A stretch of 64,000 nt of DNA from Octopus sinensis (GCF_006345805.1 NW_021833256.1:14627-78626); one strand, 5' to 3'; positions 1 through 12,707 are shown, counted from the first letter of the stretch. Translations and numbers: made by a program. Notes: generated from the letters alone by a model not told the origin.

Positions 1-1455
1 GTTATTTCCACATCATCAATTCATAAGATGTGTTTATGGGAAGGAAAAATATTTAAAAACATCAATACATGTCAGAGTAACAAAAAAACAAGGAAGGTAC
101 CAGGTGGTCATGACATGTGTTAGAAACAACAGCTAAATCTCCTTTAGATCACACACCTTTTCAACTGAAAAATTTTTTTTTTTTTTTGACCAAAAAGGCT
201 TCTCCCATCGTTTTTAAGTGTATAGTTTAAAAAAATATTGGCCAAAATTGGTCTGGAGAGGGTGGGGGTAAGGAGATGATGAAAAAACCATAAATTTTCC
301 AAAATTTTTTTTTATATAAAAAGCTTCTCCCCATCATTTCTAAGGGTGTAGTGAAAAGAAAATGGGGAAAATCCTCGTCAAAACAGAAAATCAAACTTTT
401 AGGCTGTCCTGATCTAAAACTCTACCATTTATAGCTATGTTCAATAGGTCATTAAAATTTTATTGAAATGATGTCATGTTCCGAAATCCCAAGATTTATT
501 GAGTTCTCTACCTTCTATAAATGCGCCAAAACTCAAGTTCCTATAGCTTGAATTTGTGGATTTAGCAAGGTCTGAAAACACTGCAAAATCAACTGTTTGT
601 TACAAGCAACAAAATATCATTTGAAAAGTTGCCAAAATAAATATTTAAAAAATTGCCAAGAAAAAGTTTCATTTTCGAGAACATGAAAAAAAAAAAAAGG
701 CAACTGCTATCCCATGGACACTATTAATTTGTCTAATTTGAAGATAATTATCACCTCAGTTTCAAAAATATAATATGACAAATATAACTAATTATTATTT
801 AGGCCTAATTGCACAAGATTTCAACAAATTTGTTGACCATTCAAATTGTCATATTTCCTAAAATATTCATCCAAATTTCACAAATTAAGTATCAAAATAT
901 TTCTTTTTGGATGCTCTCCAAGGAAAAGTACAGAAGTTAGATTTAAAATATTTTCAAAAATTTATAATGATACCAATTTACAGAACAAATATATTTATTA
1001 CATTTTCATAGAAATTTGTTGGAGTAAACTTTTTTCGATTTATATAAGAGCTAACCTTAGAACTATTTTCTCTTTTGTTACAATTCTTTGCTAAGTTTTA
1101 ATGCTCTTCAATGCGGGAAAGGATTGCTGTACAGAGTAGACAAAGTATCTTTGCGAAGGGCTAAATTGCTTCTATTTTTAGATTTGGTGCTTTTTCACTC
1201 AAAGTGAAACAGTCATCCCTTTTAGTCCATTCAACAATCAAGTCAGTTGAATTTTTAGTGACATCAATTACAAAGATGACGTAACAGAGAGAGAGAGAGA
1301 GATGGCAGGGAGGTATTGACAGAGAGAAGTGGGCAAAGAGAGAAAGCTGCATGCCTTTTGAGTGTATTTCTCACAAGAAGAGAAAAGAGCTTAGAAAATG
1401 TCTTCTACAATGAAAGGTCTTCACTAATAAAAGTAATGCTATATTCTTATGTTTC

Positions 1456-1655
1456 GAGGTGCGTGGCTTAGTGGTTAGGGTGTCAGCACCATGATCGTAA
1501 GATTGTGGTTTCGATTGCTGGGCCTGGTGACACATTGTGTTCTTGAGCAAAACACTTCTTTTCAAGTTGCTCCAGTCCACTCAGCTGGCAGAAATGAGTA
1601 GTGCTGCGATGGACTGGCGTCTCCTCCAGCTGGGGAAAACATACGCCATAGAAAC
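1456..1655 (+). mobile_element. tRNA-derived SINE with V-SINE-like central motif
   Basis: A box TGGCTTAGTGG, B box GTTTCGATT, then TTGCTCCAGTCCACTCAGCTG and GCGATGGACTGGCGTC. Confidence 0.55.
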
Positions 1656-2100
1656 AATTTTTTCCACCCTTCCTGCATCTGTCCCATATTGGTGGGATAT
1701 TGCACAGCTAGCTGTGTTGCATCCATCAGTGTAGGCAGTATCTCGTCAGGTGTCTCGTTTTAGATAAGATACGTCCTACATATACTGATTTTGCTAGGCA
1801 CATGCAAACACATGCACACACACACACACACACACACACAATCTTTTATCTTTCGCTTGTTTCAGTTACTGGATTGCAGCCATCATACTGGAAAACTTCC
1901 TTGAGGGGTTTAGTCAAATAAATCAACAATAATTCTTTTTTTTTTTTTTGTTTAGTCAGCTACTTATTCAATCAGTCCCTTTTTGTCAAACTGCTAAGTG
2001 ACAGGGATTTAAACAAACCAGCATCAGCTGCCAAGCAGTGGTGGGAAGACAAACACAACACAAAGATATTTGTGTGTGTGTGTGTATGTATGTATGCATG

Positions 2101-2434
2101 TATAGTGTGGCCCAAAAGTCACAGAGGTGTCTAAAAGTTTAATAAATTCGTTTTAACCCTTTCGTTACCAACCTGGCTGAAACCTGCTCTGGCTCTGAGT
2201 ACAAATGTCTTCTTTTCATAAGTTTTGAATTAAAATCTTCCACCAAACCGTAGTCACAATTTATGTTCCTAACACTAGCTTAACAATAACTAAGTTATTT
2301 TACTAAATTCTTTGTTATATCTTAAATTAATTAAAAGAAACACAGAGCATCTCAAAACAAATATGATAACATAAGTGTTAATTACATCTTTTTTATAAGT
2401 AATTCACAAAATGTGACTTTTCACTCCAGATGTA
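2101..2434. mobile_element. Tc1/mariner-like MITE hosting the piggyBac-like MITE
   Basis: Imperfect TIRs ...AAAAGTCAC (2114-2122) and GTGACTTTT (2413-2421) with TA at the ends. Confidence 0.35.
2157..2377. mobile_element. piggyBac-like MITE (TTAA TSD)
   Basis: TTAA|CCCTTTCGTTACC ... GATAACATAAGTG|TTAA. Confidence 0.55.
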
Positions 2435-2472
2435 CATATATTTCCTGTATATGTGTGTGTATATACACACAA

Positions 2473-2770
2473 GTGGAGGCGCAATGGCCCAGTGGTTAGG
2501 GCAGTGGACTCACGGTCGTAGGATCACGGTTTCGATTCCTGGACCGGGCGTTGTGAGTGTTTATTGAACGAAAACACCTAAAAGCTCCACGACGCTCCGG
2601 CAGGGGGTGGTGATCCCTGCTGTACTCTTTCACCACTCTTTCTTCTGTTGGCCTGCTCGCTTAGCCAGTGGGGTGGCGTCATTTGAAGGCTAAAACAATG
2701 CAAATGCATTGTGACCAGCGATGTGTAACAACATCTGATGGTCTGGTCGGTCACGTGATCACGTGATATA
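2473..2770 (+). mobile_element. Family G tRNA-derived SINE
   Basis: A box TGGCCCAGTGG, B box GTTTCGATTCC; its body recurs partially at 44700-44810. Confidence 0.7.
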
Positions 2771-3730
2771 CACACATATATATATATATATATTATATGT
2801 TCAGCCAGCTAGGCTATCTGAAACTTCGAAGTCACTGTCGACAACATTCTTGTATAAGAATAATACATATATATTGTTATATTTTAGGATGGTCTTTTTT
2901 TTTTATTTTTGTTTCTCATCCCAAAATATAACAATGTTTCAACACACGATTTCACATCGGGAATCTTGCAAAACAAATACACACACACAAACAGGCTTGT
3001 TTTTCAGTTTCTGCCTATCAAGTCCACACGTAAGGTATAGTAGAAGACTCTTGCCCAAGGTGCTGTGCAGTGAGATCGAACCCAAGACCACACAGCTGGG
3101 CAGCAAGCTCCTTAACCATACAGCCATGCCTGCGCCTCTGTCTTAATAATAAAGATATTTATTCACATCATATAAACATAGACACATTGCCAGCCTGCCT
3201 CTCTCGGTCTTTGTATTTCTTCAAGAAGGTACTCCAGTCTAGACAAGTGCTATTAAAGAGCTTGTGTACATCTCTTTTGTTGTTTGCCAAATATAATGTC
3301 TACATTGTCAAATTAAAATGATTCACTCATTTATTTATTTATTATTACCATTTTTATTTATTTGTTTATTTGCCATTCTGCCGTTTTTGCCATTCTATAA
3401 TTCAATTTGTTGTTGTTGTTGTCAGAACGTTCTGATATTCTGTTGATTCTGTTATTCTTTAAACATTGACAAAGGAAGAATACTTACAACTATATTATTC
3501 AACTATTTTCTGATTCTGGCTGCAGCCTTCTACCACTCCTCTCTCCCTCTCAATATCTATCTATTTCTACCTCTCATGTGTGTGTATATATATGCATATG
3601 TGTATTGTGTATTTTTATATATACGTGTGTGTGTATTGAGTATATCTATAAGTATGTGTGTGAGTGAATGTGTGTGTATATATATATGCGTATGTATATG
3701 TGTGTGTGTATGTATATGTGTGTGTTTATA

Positions 3731-3780
<50 letters not shown>

Positions 3781-5059
3781 ATGTGTGTGTTTATATATAT
3801 TTATTTATATATATATATATGTGTGTGTGTGCATTGTGTACATATATATGTGTATGTATGTGTATTTATATAATTTTAGTCTTTGCTCTCTCTCTCTCTC
3901 TCTCCCACTTATTTCTTTCAATTTTTCTGTGTTTCTATCTCTCTTCCACCTTTCTTGTCTTTCTTTTCTCTCTTCTCCCTTGTCTTCCTTCTCTCACTCT
4001 TCCCTCCCCCTCTCTCTATAGTCAAATCATTGCTGCCACCTCTTTCTTGCTCTCCATACCATCTTCATCCCCACATCTCTCTACCAATCCCTCTTCGGTT
4101 ACTTTGGTTACTAGATAAACCATTGTGGCCTCTCTCTATTATAACCGAATCCGTCTACCTTTGGAGGTCGATGTGTATATATGATGTCTCTTGATATGTG
4201 TCAGTCTCTTTTCAGGTGTGTGAGAGAGAAAGAATGATCATGTATGTATGTTGTTTATGCGACATAATCATTTATAAATGCATTTCCTCTCAAAGTGCCG
4301 GTCCCTAACTACAGAGGGAAACCTGTGGAAGAGATAGACCCAAGAAGACATGGAACAAGGTGGTGAAGCATGATCTTTGGACACTGGATCTCATGGAGGC
4401 AATGACAAGAGATGGAGGCTGTTGGTAATTTGCTGTGCTTGAGAAGACTTATCAAGCCAAGTGGAATGGTAGTTGTGGCTGGTGCCAGTGACACATGAAA
4501 GGCACCCGTGCAGGTGGCACATAAAAACCATCTGTGTCAGTGACATGTAAAAGGCACCTGTGCTGGTGACACATAAGAGGTACCCTCTACACTCTGTGGA
4601 GTGGTTGGCATTAGGAAGGGCATCCAACTGTAGAAAGCATGCCAAATTAGATTGGAACCTGGTGCAGCCTTCCAGCTTACTAATTCTAGCCAAACTATCT
4701 AACCCATGCCAACATGGAAAATGGATGCTAGATAATGATGATGATATATGTATTCACACACATCTATATGTACCATCATCATTTTTGCTTGCATGGAGCA
4801 GACAGAGTTCATGGAGACAGATTTTCTACAGCTGGATGCCCTCCCTGAAACCAACCTTCACTTGCTTCCAAATAAAGTATTTTTACCATGGCCAGACATG
4901 TTTTACACGGGAGACTGAAAACAAACAACATCGCTTGTTTGACAGCAACATTTGTTTACAACCATCAGATGATGTCAAAACAAGGGTCTCACACACACAC
5001 AAACATCAATTCAGTTTGGGTATTAACCATATAGTTGGCTTTAGAAAGCCCCTGTACAA

Positions 5060-5260
5060 GTATCAGCTGTCAGACATAATTTGGCTGATCATATTGAAGA
5101 TATATCGGGATATCTTTGAATACTTGTTGTGGCGGACACCCCCAAGTGAGAAGTGGGCTGTTCCACTACTGATAAATACTGGATAGACACAGCAAGCAGG
5201 GTCAGTCAGCGAGGTACACCATATGGGCCAGTCACGCAGATGATGAAGTTATGTCGTCAT
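5060..5260 (+). mobile_element. Possible highly decayed RTE-clade LINE C-terminal remnant
   Basis: Fragments LLW.T.P / G.STT.KYWID loosely resemble the RTE C-terminal LLW.P....GRP..TYID. Confidence 0.25.
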
Positions 5261-5429
5261 AATGCAGGACATATCAATGGCGATGAAGATACCTCCCACT
5301 ATATAACGGTGCCGTTATAACAGTGGTAATGAGGTTACGAATGCTCGTAGGAGTGTCAAAATGGAAAACTACACACAGTGAAAAATTTGAAGAAGGAACT
5401 GAACTACACACAGTGAAAAATATATATAT

Positions 5430-5829
5430 ATGTCATGTACTTTTGGGCCCATTGAAGCCTCAAACTCATGTGATGGGGCGTTAAAGAAGGTAGTTTCAGG
5501 GGTTCTTGCATGGAAGCCATGGTCCCAAGAATGTGATTTCTGGTGGTTTTCGGTACATGAGGATGTTTGGAGGCAGGGAAAATGGCTATGCTTGTTTGGC
5601 CAGGTTTCCCATGTAACTTGCCAATATTCTTTAAATCCCTAGTTGTCACAGTCTTGAATGTCCAACAATCAGATTGTTTCTTCCATAGCAAAAGATCCTT
5701 CAGGAATTATCTAACCATGTCCACATGATGACCTAACTTCTACACAATGACACAAAGAGAGGTGCCTTTAGCACTTTCCTTGATGATGACAGACTATTCT
5801 TCATTGTTAAGGCCTTTTCTACATCCCAT
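5430..5829 (-). mobile_element. Tc1-like transposase pseudogene fragment (N-terminal HTH region)
   Basis: MGCRKGLNNEE*SVIIKESAKG..L..I..KLGHHVDMV followed by supplied ORF ...KLPSLTPHHMSLRLQWAQKYM, typical of Tc1 transposases; stops and frameshifts present. Confidence 0.72.
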
Positions 5830-6339
5830 TGTTCTTAGAGAGGAGACGCTATTAGCATGGTTCACCCCAAAACTGAAGAATCTAAAATAAAAAAGAAAGG
5901 ATGTTACACAGAATGATGAAAACATAACAATGGTGTTGCCATAGTCTGCAAACCAGCTTGGAACATTTTTATCAAAATCGATTCACAGAAAACCAAGAAA
6001 TCCTAAATTTCACTCCTAAGCTACTAGCATGATTCTGGGTGTATATATATAATCAAATTATTCATTTATTCTCTATAAAGATGAAAAAGACGAAATTCTG
6101 AATATTGACAAAGAGAAACCTTACATCACTACCACCACCACCACCATAGTTATTGCTAAATTCATCATCAACATCATCATTGTCATTTTATTTCTATCCT
6201 CTTGCTGGCTTTGGTTGGATAGGTCTACATGATCTGATGCATATATCAAGAGCAAGATTTTTATGACTGGATGCCCTTCCTAAGGCCCACTACTGCTTTA
6301 CGGAGTGTACTGGGTGCATTTTTATTTATTTGTTTATCT

Positions 6340-6625
6340 TTTACTTGTTTCAGTCATTAGACTACAGCCTTGCTTGGGCAGACCTTTGCTGGAGCACCGC
6401 CTTGCTGGGCACAGCCTTGAATCATTTTAGTTGAATGAATGAATTGACCCCAATACTTCATTTTTAAGCCAAGCACTAATTCTATCAGTCTCTTTGGTCA
6501 AACCACTAAGTTACGGAGATGCAAACACACCAACACTGGTTGTCAAGCAGTGTTACAAACACAGACACAAAGACATACACATATATGTATGTATATATAT
6601 ATATGTATGTATATATGTATGTATG

Positions 6626-6671
<46 letters not shown>

Positions 6672-6830
6672 AAACAAGCTTCTTTCAGTTTCCTTCTACA
6701 AAATCCACTCACAAGGCTTTGGTCGGCCTGAGGCTATAGTAGACATTTGCCCAAGGTGCCATGTAGTGGGACTGAACCTGGAACCATGTGGTTGGGAAGC
6801 AAGCTTCTTACTATACAGCCATGCCTGCAC
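6340..6830 (-). mobile_element. Family A (CORE-like tRNA SINE), full copy
   Basis: The reverse complement has a tRNA head, an ACCTTGGGCAAGTGTCTT-type core, a (TA/CA)n linker and the 3' module ending GACTGAAACAAGTAAAA. Partial minus copies also at 1845-2070 and 2990-3140. Confidence 0.85.
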
Positions 6831-7019
6831 TCTGTAACTGGCAAGACTAACGAATTACCAGACTGAAAGTAGAATCCAAGAGGAGAGAGAGATGAAGAGA
6901 GGTGGATGATAAGCTTAGAAGGGTGATGGAGCAAAATGGATGCAAGGTGGATGGGGTAGGGCATGAGATAAAGACATGTTTGCATCAAGGGTTCACCAGG
7001 AGCGTTCCATCAGTATTCT

Positions 7020-7430
7020 TCCACAAGGCCCGAAATTTTGGGGAGGGGGGCAGTTGATTAGATTCACTCCAGTACACAACTGGAACTTAATTTATCGACC
7101 CCTAAAGGATGAAAAGTAAAGTTGACCTCAGTGGAATTTGAACTCAGAACATAAAGACAGACGAAATACCTATTTCTTTACTACCCACAAGGGGCTAAAC
7201 ACAAAGAGGACAAACAAGGACAGACAAACGGATTAAGTCGATTATATCGACCCCAGTGCATAACTGGTACTTATTTAATCGACCCTGAAAGGATGAAAGG
7301 CAAAGTTGACCTCGGTGGAATTTGAACTCAGAACCTAGTGGCAGACGAAATACCGCTAGAAATACTGCTAAGCATTTCGTCCAGCGCGCTAACAATTCTG
7401 CTAGCTCGCTGACAGACGAAATACCGCTAA
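7020..7430 (-). mobile_element. Family B (Meta/MESC-like tRNA SINE) dimer
   Basis: The reverse complement has the core GCCTTTCATCCTTTC.GGGTCGAT.AA.TAAGTACCAG twice. Other minus copies: 19945-20150, 24780-24970, 26350-26575, 29585-30150, 37200-37380, 37990-38210, 55325-55540. Confidence 0.85.
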
Positions 7431-7559
7431 GCATTTTGCCCCACGTGCTACATTTCTGCCAGCTCACTGCCATAGTATTCCCCCATTTTATGAATGAAAG
7501 TACTTGCCTCATCCTTCCACTGTTTTCTGTAAATTCTTACACTTTTATTTTCAAGGCCA

Positions 7560-8030
7560 TGCTTTTTATGATGTTAGTAGCAATGATGATAGTGGTAGTG
7601 GTGGTGGTGGTGGTGGTAGTGATGATGGTTTTGGCAGTAATAGTAGTAGTAACAGAAATGGTGATGGCAGTGGTGGCGATGATAATAGCATTTGTGGTAG
7701 TGATGCTGGTAATGATGAGGGTAACACTGGTGATGGTGGAGATAATGGTGGTATTGGTGACTTTAGAGATGGTGGTGGTGGTGACGGTGGATGTGATGAT
7801 CATGATGATGCCAGTGGTGATGGTGGTGGTGGGGTGCTGACGACGATGGTGATGGCAGCAAAATGGTATCACTAGTAGGGACGGTGGAGATAGTAGGAAT
7901 GATGACGGTGCTGACAGTAGTAGAAGTGGTGGAGGTGGCGGCGACGGTGTAATTAGTAGAGTTTGTGACGATAGTGGTAGTGGCGGCAGTGATGGTATTA
8001 TTAATAGAGTTGGTGGTGGTGATGACGATA
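7560..8030. repeat. Degenerate (GGT/GAT/AGT)n trinucleotide field
   Basis: Direct reading; it generates spurious Val-, Thr- and Gly-rich ORFs. Confidence 0.9.
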
Positions 8031-8200
8031 CACACACACACACCCATGCACTCTTCCTAGTATCATATTCATTAGGTACCAATTCAATCATATCCGCAGC
8101 TTAATCTTATGAACGCTATTTTTATTCAGTGTTTTACGAGCAGTTTTATAGATTATCTATAGATTATTTCTTCATCTTTATTAGCCATGATACTCTTCAA

Positions 8201-8231
<31 letters not shown>

Positions 8232-8309
8232 GTGTGTTGAAGAGGCCCTCGCTGTGTGTTTATGTGCTGGTGTGTATGTGTATAAATGCATATTGACTTC
8301 TGTCATTTT

Positions 8310-9215
8310 ATTTTTTTTTACATGTTCCAGTCATTGAACTGTGGCCATGCTGGAGCAATACCTCAAAGGGTTTATTCAAACGAATTGACTTCAGCTCCAG
8401 AACTGTTTTTGTTCTTTTTTTCTTTTCTTTCTTTCTGTTTTTTTTTTTCTTTTTTGAAGTCTGGTACTTATTCTATCAGTCTTTTTTGCTGAACTACTAA
8501 GTTACAGGGACGTAAACAAACCGACACCGGTTGACAAATGGTGGTGGAGGGCAACTGCGACACAAGCGCAAAGACATGCACACATGCATATTCTTTTATA
8601 CATTTCAGCCCTAAGGCTGTGGCCATGCTGGGGCACCCAGTAAAAAGGAAATTAGTTTTCAGTTGTATCAAACAGGCATAATCCCACTACTGCTCAACAT
8701 GGGGTCTTTTGCCTGCTTTATTTCTATCCTGAGCCGAACTGACCCTCCTTAGAAACCTGGTCGTGAGGAACTCCCTCTCCAGCATATATATATACATGTA
8801 TATGATGGGCTTCTTTCAGTTTCCATCGACTTAATCTTCCCACAAGGCTTTGGTTAGCCTAGGGCTTTAGTAGAAGACACTTGCTCAAAGTGCCACACAG
8901 TGGGACTGAACCCAGTACCATGTGGTTGGGAAGCAAACTTCTTACCACACAGTGACGATAGCCATGTTTACTTTTTATTTGAAGTTGGGTGGGGGTCCCC
9001 CCTTTCTTAACATTCCATCATCATATCTTTTATCTTTTATTTCTTTCAGTCATTTGACTGCGGCTATGCTAGGGCGCTGCCTTAAAGGGTTTTAGTCGAA
9101 CAAATCGACCCCAGGACATTTTTTTAAAGTTTATATTTATTTTATTGTTTCCTTTTGCCAAACTAAGTTACTGGGATGTAAACACACCAACACCGGTTGT
9201 CAAGCGATGGTAGGT
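8310..9215 (-). mobile_element. Cluster of family A fragments
   Basis: 3' modules at 8310-8640 and 9030-9215; 5' module at 8800-8960. Confidence 0.7.
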
Positions 9216-9224
9216 GAAATTGGT

Positions 9225-9355
9225 TTTCAGTTCTATATTTAAGGGATGAGGAGTTATGGCATATGACATAGTGGTTAAGAGCACAGGCTACTAACCCCAA
9301 GATTCTGAGTTCGATTCGAGGCAGTGACCTGAATAATAATAATAATAATAATAAT
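9225..9355 (+). mobile_element. Family E head preceded by an inverted copy of the family E 3' end
   Basis: CAGTTCTATATTTAAGGGATGAGGAGTTATG (reverse complement of the tail end at ~34580-34610) is fused to GCATATGACATAGTGGTTAAGAGCACAGGCTACTAACCCCAAGATTCTGAGTTCGATTC and then (AAT)n. Confidence 0.6.
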
Positions 9356-9579
9356 GAAAAAAATATGGGTATTCAGATAAGGATACGCACCACAGAAAGA
9401 CAGAATGGATTAAACAGGACAGGAGAAGACACGTGGGATGGAGAGTTGCTGAAGAGGCCACAAGATGTGTGACAAAAGATTTCAGACAAAGAACAGTAAA
9501 GTAAGAACAAACACAAAGTTGAAGTGAAGAATGAGTATACAGTGCATGTGGTTATCTGGTAAAAGAAAAAAAATGACTG

Positions 9580-10065
9580 TAGGCACAGGAGCGGCTGTGT
9601 GGTAAGTAGCTTGCTTACCAACCACATAGTTCTGGGTTCAGTCCCATTGCGTGGCACCTTGAGCAAGTGTCTTCTACAATAGCCTCGGGCCGACCAAAGC
9701 CTTGTGAGTGGATTTGGTAGATGGATACTGAAAAGAAGCCTGTCATATACGAGGGGTGTATGAAAAGTCTTGAGCCTCAAAACAAAACCTGGTACAAGAC
9801 TTCTGATGAAGGTACAAGACTTCAAAGCTCAAAACTTTTCATACACCCCTCATATGTATATATATGTGTGTGTGTGCATGCGTATATGTTTGTGTGTCTG
9901 TGTTTGTCCCACTCCCACCATCATTTGACAGCCGATGCTGGTGCGTTTACAAAAGAGACTGATGGAATAAGTACTAGGTTTACAAAGAATAAGTCCTGGG
10001 GTTGATTTGTTCGACTAAAGGCAGTGCTCCAGCATGTCCACAGTCAGATGACTGAAACAAATACA
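9580..10065 (+). mobile_element. Family A SINE interrupted by the mariner-like MITE
   Basis: Head GCGGCTGTGTGGTAAG, core, linker containing the MITE, 3' module. Confidence 0.85.
9750..9852. mobile_element. 103-bp mariner-like MITE nested in a family A SINE
   Basis: TA TSD at 9748-49 and 9853-54; 19-bp TIR CGAGGGGTGTATGAAAAGT / ACTTTTCATACACCCCTCA with 1 mismatch; internal direct repeat GGTACAAGACTT at 9791 and 9811. Confidence 0.85.
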
Positions 10066-10289
10066 AGAGTATCCTGAAATATAACAGCACACGATTTCAC
10101 AACAGGAATCTGCCAAAAGAGGTTTTTTAAAAAAAAAATTGACTGTGTTTTCGCAACTTTATGTCGATATATCATTTTTAACACAAATTTCTTTCAACCT
10201 AAAGAGCTAGCTTAATATCTACATTAATTTAAAGACTATACATATATTAATGCAGACACATAATTAATTTATTACTTACTGTAAAATAC

Positions 10290-10550
10290 AATAAAATCAA
10301 TTATCTATACATGTTCATTAAGCCATGAAACAATTGTTGTTAAATAAGAATTTCCAATGATTAAATAAATTTTATTATAGAACATTTCGTTATTTATTTA
10401 TAATTTTATACACTCCTTATGTTTTTTTTGACTTGTACTACATATTCTATATTTTATAGAATGATACATTAAGGAGCTTTTTTCCCCTGACTACCACCAG
10501 ATTAGTTGAATCCAAATATTGTGACTTAAATTTATAAATATCTACATACT
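10290..10550 (+). repeat. AT-rich interspersed repeat shared with 62170-62395
   Basis: Colinear similarity, e.g. ATTTCCAATGATTAAATAAATTTTAT and TAGAATGATACATTAAGGAG...GATTAGTTGAATCCA.ATATTGTGACTTAAATTTA. Confidence 0.75.
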
Positions 10551-10602
10551 TATACACAAGTGCTCATCTTCTGAATATTTTCACTCTTTCTTTCTCTCCC
10601 TG

Positions 10603-10664
<62 letters not shown>

Positions 10665-10670
<6 letters not shown>

Positions 10671-10885
10671 ATCCAAACATGAAAACACCAAGAGAAAACA
10701 CAACTATGCGAGGATGTGGAACAAATATAGTATTATTGGACGCTCAGGAAGGAAGGGAAGAAGGAGGGTTTTACGTTTCGAGCGGAGCTCTTCGTCAGAA
10801 ACATAGGAAAAGGAAAGATCCAGAGAAGGGAAGATGGAGGAAAAAAAATCGCCAACAGTACACACGCGGTCACATTTTGAATATA
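10665..10885 (-). mobile_element. Penelope-like element terminal-repeat (pLTR) remnant carrying the hammerhead
   Basis: About 220 bp of non-coding sequence between (TA)n tracts containing the CTGACGAAG...CGAAACGT motif typical of Penelope-like termini. Confidence 0.6.
10768..10802 (-). ncRNA. Minimal type I hammerhead ribozyme motif (Penelope-type)
   Basis: Minus strand reads GTTT CTGACGA A GAGC TCC GCTC GAAA CG TA AAAC: stem I GTTT/AAAC, core CUGACGA, stem II GAGC/GCTC, GAAA, loopless palindromic stem III (ACGT), GUA cleavage triplet. Confidence 0.75.
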
Positions 10886-11344
10886 TATATATATATACAC
10901 ATATATCATCATCATCATTGTTTGACGTCCGTTTTCCATGCTAGCATGGGTTGGATGGTTTGGCTGAGGACTAGCAAGCCAGTAGGCTGTGCCAGGCTCC
11001 AATCTGATCTGGCTGTGTTTCTACAACTGGATGCCCTTCCTAATGCCAATCACTCTGAGAGAGTGTAGTGGGTGATTTTTACATGCCACCGGCACAGGGG
11101 CTAGAGGGGGCTGGCAAACAGCCATGATCAGTTGATGCTTTTTACTTGTCACCGACACGGACGCCAGTCAGGCAGCGCTGGCTTCAGCCATGTTCTGATG
11201 GTGCTTTTTATGTGCCACTGGCACGGGGGTGCTTATGTATTTTATTATCAAGTGCAAGCATACTTATTTGCATCACTATCACCATATCAGCTCACCTGGG
11301 TTCCTCTTATAGCCACTCTTTATCCTGCGGACTCAGTCTTTTGA

Positions 11345-11868
11345 TAAAGGGGATGTAAACACACCAGCATCGGTTGTCAAGTGATGGTTGGGGGACAAAC
11401 ACAGACATATATACGACAGGCTTCTTTCAGTTTCCGTCTACCAAATCCACTCGCAAGGCTTTGGTCGGCCTGAGGCTATAGTAGAAAACACTTGCCCAAG
11501 GTGCCACACAGTGGGACTGAACCTGGAACCATGTGGTTAGTAAGCAAGCTACTTACCACACAGCCACTCCTGTACTTATTACTCTTTTTTTCTTCTATTT
11601 AGCAGAATCAGCAGAGTGACCCAAGGTCTGAGTTTCATGATTCGAGCTAATACATGAAAATCTCAGCCCTTGAGTAATTTTGTTCCAGCTAAATACTAAT
11701 AAAAACATCTATCTATATAGATATATGTATGTATGTGCATGCATATGCGTGTATGTATATGAATGTATATATGTAAGTATATATGTATATATATGTATGT
11801 ATATATACATGTGTATATGTACATATAAATGTGTGTGTATATATATATATATAACACACATACATATG

Positions 11869-11899
<31 letters not shown>

Positions 11900-12265
11900 A
11901 TTTGTATATATGCATACATGGCATAGATGTGTGGTAAGAAACTTGCTTCCCAACCACATGGTTCCGGGTTCAGTCCCACTGTGTGGCACCTTGGGCAAGT
12001 GTCTTCTGCTATAGCCTCAGGCTAACCAAAGCCTTGTGTGTAGATTTGGTAGATGAAAACTGAAAGAAGCCTGCTGTATATGTATGTATATATATGAATA
12101 TGCATATATGTATGTATCAGTGTTTGTCCCACCACCATTGCTTATCAGTTCAGCAAAAGAGGCCGATAGAGTAAGTACGAGGCCCACAAAGAACAAGTCC
12201 TAGGCCGATTTGTTCAACTAAAGGCAGTGCTCCAGTATGGCCGTAGTCAACTGACTGAAACAACT
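11345..12265. mobile_element. Two family A copies, head-to-head (11345-11575 minus; 11920-12265 plus)
   Basis: Same head, core and 3' modules. Confidence 0.75.
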
Positions 12266-12269
12266 AAAA

Positions 12270-12707
12270 GAATACATATACACACACACACACATACATA
12301 TATACACACACGCATATATATACACATATGTGTATATATATATATGTGTGTGTATATGTATATATATGTGTGTGTGTATATATATATATGTGTGTGTGTA
12401 TATGTATATATATATATGTGTGTATATGTTATATATATATGTGTGTATATATATATATATTATATGTGTGTGTATATATATATTATGTGTGTATATATAT
12501 ATATATGTGTGTATATATATATATATGTGTGTATATATATATATGTGTATATATAGTATATATATATATGTGTGTGTATATATATATATATGTGTGTATA
12601 TATATATATATATGTATATATATATGTATATACATATATACATACACACGTGTACATATATATATACACATATTTATACACATATATACATAAATATATG
12701 TGTGTAT

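Noticed and set aside
168-351. Two ~35-bp similar segments (192-225 and 318-351) as part of a transposon
   Set aside because: The similarity is real, but no termini or TSD could be defined, so it was left unclassified.
4094-4149. 8-bp inverted repeat TTCGGTTA/TAACCGAA (and TATAACGG/CCGTTATA at 5302-5319)
   Set aside because: Too short to exceed chance expectation in 64 kb.
3576-4194. Long Y/I/C/V-rich ORFs here and at 11.7-13.7, 25.2, 30.7, 36.5 and 42.5-43.4 kb
   Set aside because: They are translations of (TA)n/(TG)n/(TC)n microsatellites, which lack stop codons.
4560-5186. 208-aa ORF
   Set aside because: It runs through family C SINE pieces and decayed repeats; no domain or splice support.
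7322-8091. Overlapping Val-, Thr- and Gly/Asp-rich ORFs
   Set aside because: Trinucleotide repeat field open in several frames on both strands.
9803-9830. CTGATGA here and at ~49785 as further hammerhead cores
   Set aside because: No stem II-GAAA-NUH continuation or stem I pairing.
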